A stretch of DNA of 63,229 bases, counting the filler, from Octopus bimaculoides (Eukaryota), in the NCBI RefSeq assembly GCF_001194135.2. It is 5 parts of 5 records of this genome, joined end to end, with 100 filler letters (N's around TTAATTAATTAA, not from the genome) between each part and the next. Parts side by side here need not be neighbours in the genome. Positions count along the whole stretch, not along the records: positions 1 to 14,837 come from NC_068982.1; positions 14,938 to 33,025 come from NC_068991.1; 3 more parts are not named here. The stretch is one strand, 5' to 3'. Numbering within the stretch: the stretch's first letter is position 1; the number at the start of each line of letters is the position of its first letter. Both the position numbers and the translations under genes were made by a program. The notes below the pieces were generated by a model, which did not search any database, was not told the DNA's origin, and was given only the letters and a program-made list of their open reading frames with translations. Shown here in pieces: positions 12,031 through 24,760 of the stretch.

Positions 12031-13589
12031 GTTGTTTAAATCCTCGTCGCCACTGTTATAATCCTTAAAATGTTGGCCCGTTATAACGCCCACTTCGGTA
12101 TACTTAGTAAAACCAGTAAAGACACGACTATCTCTGACCGCCTACTACGTACTCTCGTACTTCACATACTTCTTTAATACTGTTTTCGCCCAGTTTTCGT
12201 CTATTTTTCCCTACTCTGTCAAACTATTGAAATATTGTTTGCATCACAACCACACTCGCTTGTTTACTTAACTGTAAAAAATATTCCCTGAATTTTTTCT
12301 TTTCCCTCTCCTCCTTAATTGCCTCCCTTGGATCTTGTCTTCTCTTTCCTTCCCTCTCTCTTACTCTTATGTCTCTCTCTTTCCCTCTCCCATCCCTTAG
12401 TCCCTCCACCACTCTTCCTCTCTCCTACCATGTGACCGGTGTCCAGTCAAAGTGTATCGTTCTTTTTTAGACCTGCTGCTGACCCAGCCAGACACGTATG
12501 TGTTCCGTTCGCCAAGGACTTTTTCCATTTCTTTGCACTACCTCACTATGTCTGTCTTGATAGCCGAAAAGCCTTTTTTGTGTGTATTGTATTGTTTTAG
12601 TACTGTATACAAACAATTATTCCTCTTACTTATTGCACAGCCGTAAGGCATTTTCTTTTGTGGATGTACCATTCATTGTCTGTTAAATCTTGTCATTATT
12701 TCTTATTCTACACGCCATATAATTTTGCCCTGTCTTCACACACAGTCATCAGCTTTTTCCTGTAGCTCTATGCGCAGGCGCTCCTGTCAGATAACAGTGG
12801 TCTTGGTTTTAATGGCGTGAAACCACTATGACATCTCGGATACCAACTGATGACAAAGTCAGCTGCGAATGTTCCTTGTATCGTGTGTTTATCTCTCTTT
12901 TCTATGCGCTATGTTTTCGCCCGGTTTTCGTCGATTTTTCTCTTCTCTGTCTAACTTTTGATATATATCTTATACAGAATATAAAGGGAGTATTCGTCAA
13001 CTGATTTAAAGTAATAGGTATGTACTATGAGTGATCAGTTTGGTTTACCTCTAAAACTCAGGTTTGTACTACAATTGAATGTGTGATGTTGAGACTGCCT
13101 ATCAGAAGCAGTTAAAGGTGGTTTTTCCTGGAGCTGGTAGATATAAGTTAAAGTAAGACTGAAAAAGCAAACCGTTTAGCATAACTTGAAAAAGACTTTC
13201 AATTTAGATGGTGGATATAGAAAAAACAGAGTTTCTTACAGCTGTTTCTGGAATAGCCAAGTGTGTGAATCATCATACTGAGTATCCCGTCATTAGAGTG
13301 GGAAAAGTCAGAAAGATGTAAAAACAAGGGAATGTCCCCAATCGAGAATATTAGAGGATTCCAGCTTGTGAAGAATTGTGGAAGGATCAGAATAGAATAG
13401 GAATGCGTTAGATAGATCCATGTTCAAATGAAAAACACAGTTACAGGTAATATTCAAAAGCAGCTTCAAATGAGAATGTTTGATGATAATCCATGGCAAG
13501 GAATAGTGGAAGTTTCCCGTTCGAGTAATAAATCAAAACCATTTAATTCCAAGATTTATTCATATTTAACAACTGAATGAATTTAATAA

Positions 13590-13735
13590 AAGCATCTAAA
13601 TATGAAACATGAAAATTGTTCAAACTGAAGTCCTTCTTGAGCGGCACATTTTTCCATTCGAGTCATTACAGAATTACTGATAGTATTTATAGAATTTTGA
13701 TTTACTGTCGGGTGACGTTTGGCCAACCCTCTGTG
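13590..13735 (-). mobile_element. Tc1/mariner-superfamily relic (TIR-like end plus transposase C-terminus)
   Basis: Minus strand CAGAGGGTTGGCCAAACGTCACCCGACAGTA followed by SVMTRMEKCAAQEGLQFEQ, resembling the C..xGxxFE end of Tc1/mariner proteins. Confidence 0.4.
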
Positions 13736-13749
13736 TGTGTATGTGAGGG

Positions 13750-13792
<43 letters not shown>

Positions 13793-13885
13793 GAAGGAGG
13801 CCACTAGGTGGACTGCTAATGTGCTAGAAGAAGATCACATGTCGTGTGTCTACTAAGACCGAATAATGCTCAAAGGGAATTTAGC

Positions 13886-13933
<48 letters not shown>

Positions 13934-14619
13934 AATGGGCTTCAGAACTGAACCCGAAACAACGTGGTAGCAAAGCTAGTTTCTTAACCACTCAGCCATG
14001 TATATATACACATGTATATACGTTTGTATTAATATATTACTGCGCATAATCATTTCAGAAATACTGTAGACAAGACATTGTTTACTCTCATATTCATTCC
14101 ATTATATCTCTCTCTAATCTCCCCCTCTTTCTCCCTATCTTTTCCTCTGTTTTTCTAACTTACACCTACACTCACTCTCCGCCTCTTTATACATCTTTCG
14201 ACCACTACCACTTCCATTAATCTCCCCTTCACTTACGTATATCCTTTGTCATCTAAGTCTTTGTTTTATTTTCCTAGCGTCTCTCATTTTTTTTTCTACC
14301 TTCATTCTACTTTTAATATTTTCATCCTATTTCCTATCTATTTATCCTTTCATATTTGTCTTCTCCTTCATTTTTATTCATTTTCTTTCTTATTGTCTTT
14401 TCAGATTTTATCATTTCTTCATTTTTTTCTCTCCGTTCTTTATCCATTTTTATTCAGTTTTTCTTCAAATTCTGTTCAAATTTTCATTATTTTTTCCCTC
14501 TAATACCATCTTTACACACACTCAATAGGTTTCAATGTATCGCCATTGTCTTCATTGTGTAGAATATCCAATCATCCATTCACCCATCTCTTCCAAACAT
14601 ATACCATAAATACATGTAA

Positions 14620-14668
<49 letters not shown>

Positions 14669-15026
14669 CGTATGTGTGTATACGCATGTGTGTATGTACG
14701 CGTGTATGTATGTATACACACATATATATATATAAACATATATATATATATATAGTATATATATATATACATATATATATAGTATATATATATAACATAT
14801 ATATAGTGTGTGTGTAAGTATGTATGTATATATATATNNNNNNNNNNNNNNNNNNNNNNNNNNNNNNNNNNNNNNNNNNNNTTAATTAATTAANNNNNNN
14901 NNNNNNNNNNNNNNNNNNNNNNNNNNNNNNNNNNNNNATATATATATAATGTATGTGTGTGTATATATGAGTATATATATATATATATATATGTATATAT
15001 AATGTATGTGTGTGTATATATATGTG

Positions 15027-15059
<33 letters not shown>

Positions 15060-16074
15060 GTGCACACATGCAAATGCACATACATGCATGCATATGTGTG
15101 TATGTGTGTACGAGTTTGTTTCACTTTTTGTTCTTGTATTTATCCGTTTTATATTCTTTCTCTGTGAGTGTTGTAGCGTTAATAATATGAATCATGAGAT
15201 TTTAGAATTCACTTCGATTATTGGCAGAAGGTTTTTTTTAGATTTGCTCAATACAATACTCTCTATGAAATGCAACATCATAACGGACCAAACAAGCCCC
15301 ACTTCTAGAAGTCAATACTTTATATAACACGTCACCTGCTCTCACGAAACGTTGAGGAAATGAGGAAATAACTAAGATATTTGTGTGTCTGCAAAATAAA
15401 TCTTTACCATCAATATCATTTATCATAGTATCGGACGGTTTAGAATAAGATGGCTACCCTTCGAGTCGAATTTACTATAGAGAAGACATATTTCTATGTT
15501 CCCAACTTCTATGCGATCGGTTCCCAATCAGTTAACATCGCATCCTCGTCCACTCCTTTGAACACATAACGCTCCATATTTTTAGGGGGAAATATTCCGC
15601 AGTCTTTGTTTGCAGTATTTGTTGTATTATTCCATATGCTTATATATTTTTTTATATGATATTCAACACTAAAAGATTTCATTGTCGCCATTCTTTCAGA
15701 ATTACACTGCAACTTTATATATTTTAAACTAGGCAACTGTGTGATCGTTCGACTTGCTAAAGATAGCAGTCATTTCATCCTTGAATCACACCCTGACATC
15801 TGAATAAAATGAGGACATATTAAATAATCTAATTCTAGATATATTATGTTTCAATAAAGGACATGATACTCTCGACTGGAACGTCTTTGAAAATAGATCT
15901 GCCCATTCAGGAATAACTTGGAACAATTGAAATTCAACAACAATAGCTGTAGCAACAACATCTGCATCAACAACAACAACATCTGCTAAAACAGCAACAA
16001 CAAGATCAGACTCGCGACAGAGAACGCTCTTTTATTGTTGAGCTTGTGGATTTTGATAATAGCACGCATCAGCC

Positions 16075-16405
16075 TCCTGCTTTGTAGCTATCCGTCGCAT
16101 GCGCGGGTATGGACATGTCCTCAATCTCCGGCTAGATCATCCTACCAGAGTTTTACTAGCATTCGACGCAGCAGCTGCGTGCTGGAAGAAGCCTCGGGAC
16201 AGGCCCTGCGCCAGATGGCTGACCGTGATCGGGAAAATCTCCAGAAGCTCGACGTCACATTGAAGGATGCAGAAGGGCTGGAACACGACCAGCAACGATG
16301 GAGGGCACTGGTGGACCTAATCGGCTCCACGCATGATAACACCTCTCGGACCACTAACCTGGGATGACCCCAGCCCCATCGAGCATGAAGCAAGCATACG
16401 AGCAT
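16075..16405 (+). mobile_element. RTE-clade LINE, 3' fragment
   Basis: GYGHVLNLRLDHPTRVLLAFDAAAACWKKPRDRPCARWLTVI, then after a frameshift LQKLDVTLKDAEGLEHDQQRWRALVDLIG. Typical RTE C-terminus (GHVLR...RPRGRP..RW...DR..WR) followed by a (TTA)n tail. Confidence 0.8.
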
Positions 16406-16440
16406 TGTTGTTATTATTATTATTATTATTGCTGATTATA

Positions 16441-16636
16441 AAGCAGCAAGCTGGCAGAGTTAGCACGCTGGGCGAAATGCTTAGCGGTATTTCGCCCGTC
16501 GCTACGCTCTGAGTTCAAATTCCGCTGAGGTCTACTTTGCCCTTCATCCTCTCGGGGTCGATAAATTAAGTACCAGTGAAACATTGGGGTCGATGTAATC
16601 GACTAGTCTCCTCACCCAAAATTTCTGGCCTTGTGC
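16441..16636 (+). mobile_element. Family B SINE, complete
   Basis: AAGCAGCAAGCTGGCAGAG...GAGTTCAAATTCCGC...GGGGTCGATAAATTAAGTACCAG...GGCCTTGTGC. Confidence 0.88.
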
Positions 16637-16913
16637 TTTTATTAGGATTATTATTGTTCATTATGTTACTGTTGTTGTTATTAGGGTTTAACCCTACGTC
16701 TACCAAAACTGAGCAAAATGAATGATCAAAGACGTTCCACTGTGACTATCAGGTTCTTATGCATAGAAACACAGGATCGCTTAATACAAATGGCGTTTTC
16801 TAAGACGGTATGGCGTGATTTGAGGGAGATTTGGTTGCTATTACTTGTATATCGAGGAGCCAAATAAAGGCTTATTCGATGGCTCGTTGTTGCTACTTTT
16901 GTTGTTGTTACTT

Positions 16914-16944
<31 letters not shown>

Positions 16945-17123
16945 GGCGGTGATGGTGATGGTGAGGGTGACGGTGATGGTGGTGGAGGTGGTAGTTGCTC
17001 TTGTCTAGAGTTGTTCATATTGTTGTTGTCGCTGTTTATGTTATTACTGCTGCTTTGCTGCTGCTCGCATCGATTATGTCCTTGTTCATGTCACTGTTGT
17101 TATTATTATTGCTGCCGATGCAG

Positions 17124-17155
<32 letters not shown>

Positions 17156-17399
17156 GCTGCTGCTGCTGTTGTTCCACTTATGATTTTTCTTTTTTTTCTT
17201 TTTATTCTTTTTGCCTTCTTCATGTTTATTGAGTTTTGCTTCCCAATTCCAGAATCTTCGACGTCGTCGTTGTAGTTGTTGTTGTTGCTAATAATCTCAT
17301 TATTTTCCCATCATTAACAACCGTTAACTTTCACACCAGTTCTGACCTCCATGCGCCTTTCTGATCACCTCCTCCCCAATAACAGACATTAGTCACCAC

Positions 17400-18403
17400 C
17401 ACCACCACCACAAACACCGCTACCACCACCACCACCAATCACACACACACAATCTATTCTCCTCCTCCTCCTCCTTCTTCCTTTCTCTTCGCCCCCATTC
17501 CTTTTATTACCTTCTTTGTAACTCCATCTTTCTGAATATTCCCATAATGCCGTATCAATAACATAACTTTCTCTTTAAAATTTCTTCCTTACTCTTCCGT
17601 TTTCTTACCCTATTCGACCAATCCAACCTCTCCACCCGAACTTCACACCCAGCCTCCGCTTCCTGCCTCTTACCGTCCACCACCCGTCGTCTCACCATCC
17701 TAACCCTCTTCCTTCTTTTCTTTTATCTTCCATCCGTCCATGTCTATCCTTCTTTATTTCCTCTCCCCCTCCACCCTGCTTTGTTTTCAGTCTCCTCACT
17801 CTCTCTCTCTCACTCTCTCTCTCTCACTCTCTCTCTCTCCTTCCTTTTCTTCACTCTCACTTCCACTTCTCTCTCCCATCCTCCCTCCTCTCTCCTTCCT
17901 CCTTTCTCTTCATTCCCTTCTCTCCTTCATAAATGAAGTGTCCTGTGTCTTATATACTTTAATGACGTCTACTCTCGCCCTCTCTCTCTCACCCCTTCTC
18001 TCTCCCTCCTCTCTCTCTCCTCCTTCTCTCCTCTTCTCTCTCGTCTCTTTTCTTTCTCCCCTTCTCTTTCTCTCCTCGCTTCTCACTCTATCCATGTCTC
18101 TCTCTCTTTTGCTCTCTCTCTCCCCTTCTCTCTTTCCCCGTCTTTCCTCTTCTGTCTCTCCCCGTCTCTCACTCCGCTTCTCCTTCCCTTTTCTCTCTCT
18201 CCCCTTCTCTCTCTTCCTCTTACTACCACTGCGCAGTCTATCCGGTTTATCTTCCTCATTTCCCAACTCTCTATCTCTCATTCACAATTTCCCAGTTTCT
18301 CTCTCCCTCTTTCTTCTCTCACATTATTTCTCTCTCTCAGTCTCTATCTCTTATCACCTCTTTCTGTCTTTCTTCTTCGCCCCTTCTCTCTTTCCCTCTC
18401 CCC

Positions 18404-18439
<36 letters not shown>

Positions 18440-18460
18440 GTCTATCTCTCTTTTTTAAAA
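17400..18460. repeat. ~1 kb polypyrimidine/polypurine (CT-rich) tract
   Basis: Almost entirely C/T on the + strand, with (CT)n runs. Confidence 0.9.
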
Positions 18461-18789
18461 TACCTCTAACGCTGCTGTAATGACAAAGATGTATGCGGTG
18501 GAAGAGAGGGGGGAAGAATAAATAAAGCTATCAACAACAACAACAGTAGCAGCAACAACACGCAGCCGATTGCCTCGAGCTGTTGAACAATGTCTGACCC
18601 CTTACATCACAAAGGCGGGTCCAGTTGACACAAGGCTTACATAGTGTAGTCTATTGCCTAGGCTCCCGGAAATATTAACAAATGCCCTACAGACTTGTTC
18701 ACATGTAGTGCGCCATTTCTTCTGCCTCACTAAATTTTCGGTGGCGTTGGATGCGTGGATAGAGGGATGGCTGAACCAATGGATGAATA

Positions 18790-19093
18790 GATGCATGCAT
18801 GCATGTGTGTGTGTATGCATCGGTGTATGTATGTATGTATGCGTGTGTGTGTGTGTGCTTGTATGTATGCGTGTATACATGTGTGTATGTGCGTGTGTAT
18901 GTATGTATATGTGTTTATATGTGTAATGTATGTGTGTATGTATGTGTAGATGTATGTGTAGATGCATGTATGTATGCGTGTGTATATATATGCTTATCTA
19001 TGTATGTATGAATGTGTATATGTATGTATATGCGTAGGCGTGTATGTATATGTGTGTATGTATATATGTGCGAATGTATTTATGCATGTGTGC

Positions 19094-19126
<33 letters not shown>

Positions 19127-19348
19127 CGCATGCAATTATGTATGTGTATGAGGCATGTGTATGCTTGTATGTACGTATGTATCTGATGTATGTGTATGTT
19201 TGATGTATATGTGTGTCTGTATGTGTGTATGCATATGTTTGCATGTACACATGTATGTATGTACGTACACATGCATGTATCTGCATGTTTGAGTATATGT
19301 ATGTATGGGGAGAATTATGGCTTTTGAGTCGCAGTGATGGCGGAGGTG

Positions 19349-19385
<37 letters not shown>

Positions 19386-19395
19386 CGGTGGCGGT
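18790..19395. repeat. Compound (GT/ATGT)n microsatellite followed by (GGC)11 at 19351-19383
   Basis: Read directly from the sequence. Confidence 0.9.
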
Positions 19396-20209
19396 GGTAG
19401 TGGTGGTGGTCTTTGACGCAGCGTGTTTTGTGCGGTGTTCATGTGTGGAAACCGAACAAATGGTGGCGAAAGGTACGGGATGGGTTATTAAGTCAGTCAC
19501 AGTCAGTCACAGTCAGTCAGTCAGTCAGTCAGTTAGAATATCGGCCAGGGAGTTAATCAGTCAACAGATTAAAAATCATTCTTTCCCCACCGCTCCTATC
19601 CACCAAACCGTTTGGGTCCCATTCATTACTGATTGCTAACCAGCACACAACGGTTTGGGGGATCGCGCAAGCAATGCAATGCAGAACAAGGCAAGGCACA
19701 ACATATTTTAAAAACACGAGCAGAGGTTGTTATTGATGAAATTAATTACATGCCTTGTTAATATAATGGTGTAAACAATTAGGTTTGTCTACGGCTTTTG
19801 TTGTCGCAGAAGGCGACCTGCGTTCGTATTCACGTAGCGTATATTATAAATGTACGCGCGTACATACACACACACATACACACACATACACACATACAAA
19901 CAAACAAACACACGCACACAAACACATGCACAGACACAAAATTGCGTTCGCACACATAAACATATTGACCCATCTATACACGAGAAAAACATACACTTAT
20001 CCCGTCAAGCTCCCTGTAAACAAAATATACATTCACTACAAAGATGTACTTTAACACCAAATCATGTTCACACACACACACACACGCTTGTTTACGTGTG
20101 TGTTCGTATAGACTGACAGACAAACAGACCGGCAGACAGCCAGACAGGCAGACAGACAGGCAGACAGACAGGCAGGCAGACGGACGGACGGAGAGACGGA
20201 CAAACAGAA

Positions 20210-20256
<47 letters not shown>

Positions 20257-20509
20257 TGTGGAAAAAGCAAAAGAACGCTTGATGATTGAAGACTTAGAGG
20301 GGTTTTTTTAGTTTTACTTTCTATTTTTGTAAATCGAAAACTTTTCTGATGTCTTCCTGTAGACATCAATGCAGGGCATTCGACTGAACGGTTGGACCCT
20401 TATGCGTCGAATTACCGGAAGAGCTCCATCATATATGCACATATATGTGCACGTGTATGTTTATGAATGTATGTATCAGGATTATTGTTGTTGTTGTTAC
20501 TATTATTAT

Positions 20510-20720
20510 TCAATGCTGCGAGTTGGTCGAATTCTTAGAACGCCGAAAAATATTTGCAGCAGTATTTTGTCCATTTGTACTTTCTGAGTTCAACTTCCGA
20601 TAGGGTCAATTTCGCCGTTCATCTTTTCGAGGTCGATAAAATAGGTACAAGTCGAACAAGCTCGATCTAATCGACCTATCCTTCCTTTGAAATTGCTGGC
20701 CTTGTGTCAAAACTTGAAGG
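20510..20720 (+). mobile_element. Family B SINE, degenerate
   Basis: TTCTGAGTTCAACTTCCG...GAGGTCGATAAAATAGGTAC...GCTGGCCTTGTGTCAAAACTTGAA. Confidence 0.75.
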
Positions 20721-21489
20721 CTTTGTTGTTGCTGTTGATGATGATAGTGGTGACGATGATGATGGTGTTGTATTTCGCCGAAGCTGAAGGTGTTTTGTAA
20801 GCTATGTGCGTTTGTGCATTGCTTTCCTTTATAGAAGTCAGTTTTTGTTGTTTTTATTCTACATTGTTTCTAAGTTGGTCGGAACCATAAAGGTCTCGTA
20901 TTTTTTACTTATCATACGAGAAAAAAATTTTGAAAACGAGAAAATTTTCTAAGTGTAAAAAATTTTCAAATTGGTGTCGTCTATGCCGATCAGCCAGCAA
21001 GAGATGAAGATGGGAAGTGATTTCAAAGGCAAAACCATATTTCGCAGTCACCCACGACTACAAAATACTTCCGTCGTAGTCGTATTTAAAAGTAGCAGCA
21101 GTAGTAGCAGTAGCAGCTACAATAGTAACAACAACAATAATAGCAACAACTATAACAATAACAACGGTGGCAGCAGAATGAACACTGACAAGTCAACGAA
21201 GCTCGCAATATCACCAGCATTAAAACGTCGTGCATTGCCATTGCATCAAACAGTAGCGGCACAACGACGACCACCACTCCTATGAGAAGCAGTAACAGCA
21301 TCGCCAACAATGATTCTAACAACACTGGCAGCGGTTAAAACATAGCTAAAATATTTCTCTTACCAAAAACACTAATGATTTCGATCTCATATCGCTTGGT
21401 AATAAGGCATGAATATTTCGAAGAGGGAGAGAAATATACCAAAAGACTAGAAAAGAGAAAGTTTGTGCTCAATATACCACAACACGATT

Positions 21490-22440
21490 TTAGACCAAAC
21501 AGAAACGAAAATAATTCTGTGTAGATGCTTATCGATGGACAGAAGCAAATTAGAGTGTATACTTTCAGAACAAGTTGAATTCTTTTTAAGAAACGTATGA
21601 CAAGTCATTAATTCTGCATGATATGCCCATAATTTCGGATATGTCTGAGTTATCTTTGCACTTGGAAATCCTAGCCCAGACGCATTCCACTGTCCAAGAT
21701 ATAACTGAAGATTTCTTATTGATGCTAGTTTCCCAGGATGGAGAATGGTCCAAATGAAAACTCAAAAATACCTCAAGAACTAGGCTTTTGGTGAAATGTG
21801 TGGTTTTGGAGGACTTTAGCACGTTACTAGAAGGAAAATTTCGAAGAAAAAACTCGGATGAAATTGGGGATAATAGAGGTCCCACGAGAGCGACAACTGC
21901 AGGCGGGAGTGGAAAACAGAGAGCCTTCGAGGGCAGCAACTGAAGATGGGAGTGGAAAATAGAGGACATCGATTCAACGACTACCGAAAAACTTATCACG
22001 TCAAAGCTATTTTCCTCCAACAACAACAATAAAATTACAGCCAAAAGAAGGCCTCCCCAGTGACAAAACACAGATTCAAAAGCAGCAACAGCTCCACAAA
22101 CAATTACAACTTCAGCAGCTAGAACAATGGCATGCAACTTCAGCAACAGTGACTGCAACACCAGCTACAAGACAAGAAGCAGCACCTACAGTAACAGCAC
22201 TACAACGCCAAGAGTGGTAACAACAGCAACAAAAACAATAAAAGAAATACCACCCTCAAGAGTTACCACGTCACCAACAACAACATCTGAAATACTCTGA
22301 ACAACAAGAACAAAATGAAAAGATAATGACCCCGCCACCCAAGATACACCTATCCTCACTTGAGACCACTTAGATATGTGATGTGTCGAATGTGACGGCG
22401 AGGAGCATAAATAGTAAAATGTTACCAATGTAAAGAAAAG
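21490..22440 (+). pseudogene. Heavily decayed LINE ORF1 (gag-like) relic, possibly L1/Tx1 type
   Basis: Stop-riddled frames KIILCRCLSMDRSKLECILSEQVEFFL...FGYV*VIF and AQTHST...TEDFLL, a Q/T/P-rich linker, and a degenerate C-x2-C-x4-H knuckle (CVECDGEEH) at ~22383-22410. The match is to remembered ORF1 proteins and is unverified. Confidence 0.4.
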
Positions 22441-23258
22441 AAAAAGAAAAACATTACCAACACAAAAAACTAACCGATACCAACAAACGGTGGAGATGCT
22501 TTCGAGCAACGAAAACCCAGCACTATCAACACTATCATTCCCATAACCACCATCATCATTGTTAAAGACATTACTATAACAAGCACGAGCACAACCTAAT
22601 TTATGCGCACAACAGTCAGTTCCCACGATCCAACGCGCACCAAAAGAATTAACTACACAGCCATAAACACAACCAATAAAAAAACATTATTCTGTCACTT
22701 CTTGTAACCCTCTCTTCTTGTAACGATTTTTATGGCACTAGTCTTCGAGGCAAAACTGTAGAGGATACGGCTCTACCACAGGAGCTATCAGAATGCAGTG
22801 AAGCAGATTCTGGGAGTGTGAAAAAAGAAATAAGAGAAAAATTGTTCCTAGTCGATCCTTCCTTATCTTATTTATATATTCAGGGAAAATAAACAAAGTT
22901 TATCTTGCCAAGATTTGAACTTAGAAATTAAAGAGTTGGAATAACTACCCGCGAATTATCTATCCAGTGCCCTAATAATACTGCCAACTAATACACCCAC
23001 TGATCTCTAGTCTTACATAACTTCGGTGTGTTTCCTTTCCTAGATATTCCATGCACACATTATATTCAATACTTTTCATTACTTCCAATTGCATCCCCAA
23101 CGATTCATTACTGCGTATAGCACCATAATCCTTAGAAACTACCATCACATACTTTCATTCCAGTAAATTTCCTGAAAAGATGGAAAGTAATAGCTTAATA
23201 GGTATAACAGATATTATTATTGCCACTCTTCATATATATTTCGGCCCATAATTTCATG

Positions 23259-23770
23259 GAAACCTTATTACGGATGCTGGTAACCCAGAAGCATTAGTAC
23301 AGATGTCGACTACTCGGAGACATCCTTACGAGTGCTGGCTATTGAGAAACCACATTAAGTGTGCTATCTATACAGAAAAATTATTATAGGCGTTAGCTAT
23401 ACAGATATTACATTACAGATGTTACTAAGAAACAGCATTAAGGGCACTGGGTATTCAGAAAAATTATTACGGGTGCTGACAGTAATAGCATTACGAGTGG
23501 TGGATACTCTGAAATATTATTCTGTGTACTGGTTACAAACAGTATTAAAGATGTTGGCATCTTAAAAACAGCATAACGGGTATTAGCTACTCGGACATAT
23601 TATTATGGATGCGAACTCCTCAGAAACTGCATTACGGGTATTGGTTACCTAGGGACATTATTACGAATGCTGCCTTCTCAGAAACATCAATATGGGTGCT
23701 GGCTACTCAGAACATTATTATGGTTGCTTGTTCCTCGGAAACATCATTGTGGTTGTTAATTTCTCAGAAG
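23259..23770. repeat. Degenerate minisatellite, ~29-30 bp unit, roughly 17 copies
   Basis: Recurring GAAACATYATTACGGGTGCTGGCTACTCA-like unit, e.g. GAAACATCAATATGGGTGCTGGCTACTCA-GAACATTATTATGGTTGCTTGTTCCTCG-GAAACATCATTGTGG. Confidence 0.85.
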
Positions 23771-24725
23771 TTGTTTAACTCACCTTGACTGAGAAGACAT
23801 ATAATCAAAGCGTATCCGTCCGTCCTTTTAAGTGGCTTGGTCTATACTAACTAATCTGCCCTTCTCTATTTCAGATGATATGGTGTAATTTGCAGATTTG
23901 GCGGCCATTTCTATCAAGTTGATCAAAGGCTTAAAATTCCCAAATGCTCGCCACCTCTGCAGTTGTCTGGTGTAAAGATTCTACCAAAGGTGTCTTGCTT
24001 TTATATGTAGTGGTTTCTTTTAAATAGGCAGCAAGTGCAGGCAAATACAACGCGAGTTAAGTGGAAGAATTTTAAACAAGAAATTGAAACCGTTAGACAG
24101 AGAGCAGCTTCCCTCCCTCCCTCCCTTTCCCTCTTTTCCCTTTCGATCTCTCTCTTCCCTATCTCTCTCCCTCTCTCTCTAATACACAACAAAGTGCATC
24201 TGCCATTCTCTCTCTGTCTCTCTTTTCCTCAATCACATTGTCTCTTGTATGTGAATATCATTGTCAGTCTCTCTAACTGAATTTTCCTCCTCTTCCTCCT
24301 TCTCCTCCGATTTACTCTCTCCACCACCACCACCCTCCCTCTCTCTCTCTCTCTCTCCCTCTCTCTCTCTCCCTCTCTCTCTTTCTCCCTCTCTCTCTCT
24401 ATCGCCCCACCAACTCTACAAATCCCCAGCCATGCGGTTGGCCAATATGTTAGATTTAATCAATTGTTGCTGTTTTCCCCTTTATTTCCTCGATCGAGAA
24501 TGATGAGAACCAAAAATAAAACAAACAAAAGAAACTAATAAATAAATGGCATAAACAAATGCACAAAATAAAAAACAGAAAACAAAACAAGACAAAAATA
24601 AACCTATACATCAACAACGACAATGAAATAAAACCAACAATAAAACAACAATAATAAACTGCATCGTTTGCCTTTATCATCGTCTTATCAACATCATCAC
24701 CGTTATTATTATTATTATTATTATT

Positions 24726-24760
<35 letters not shown>

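Noticed and set aside
14882-14893. TTAATTAATTAA motif recurring four times, superficially a conserved site or PacI array
   Set aside because: Always centred in N runs (44 N on each side where counted); an artificial six-frame-stop spacer from the assembly pipeline.
14546-20369. Many ORFs rich in YI, HT, CV, LS or poly-Y/C/L/D/T (also 29739-30915, 34789-35072, 50287-51148, 57879-58379)
   Set aside because: They are translations of di-, tri- and tetranucleotide microsatellites; no coding evidence.
23259-23770. CRISPR-like array
   Set aside because: Units are contiguous and degenerate with no unique spacers; eukaryotic context and no cas genes.
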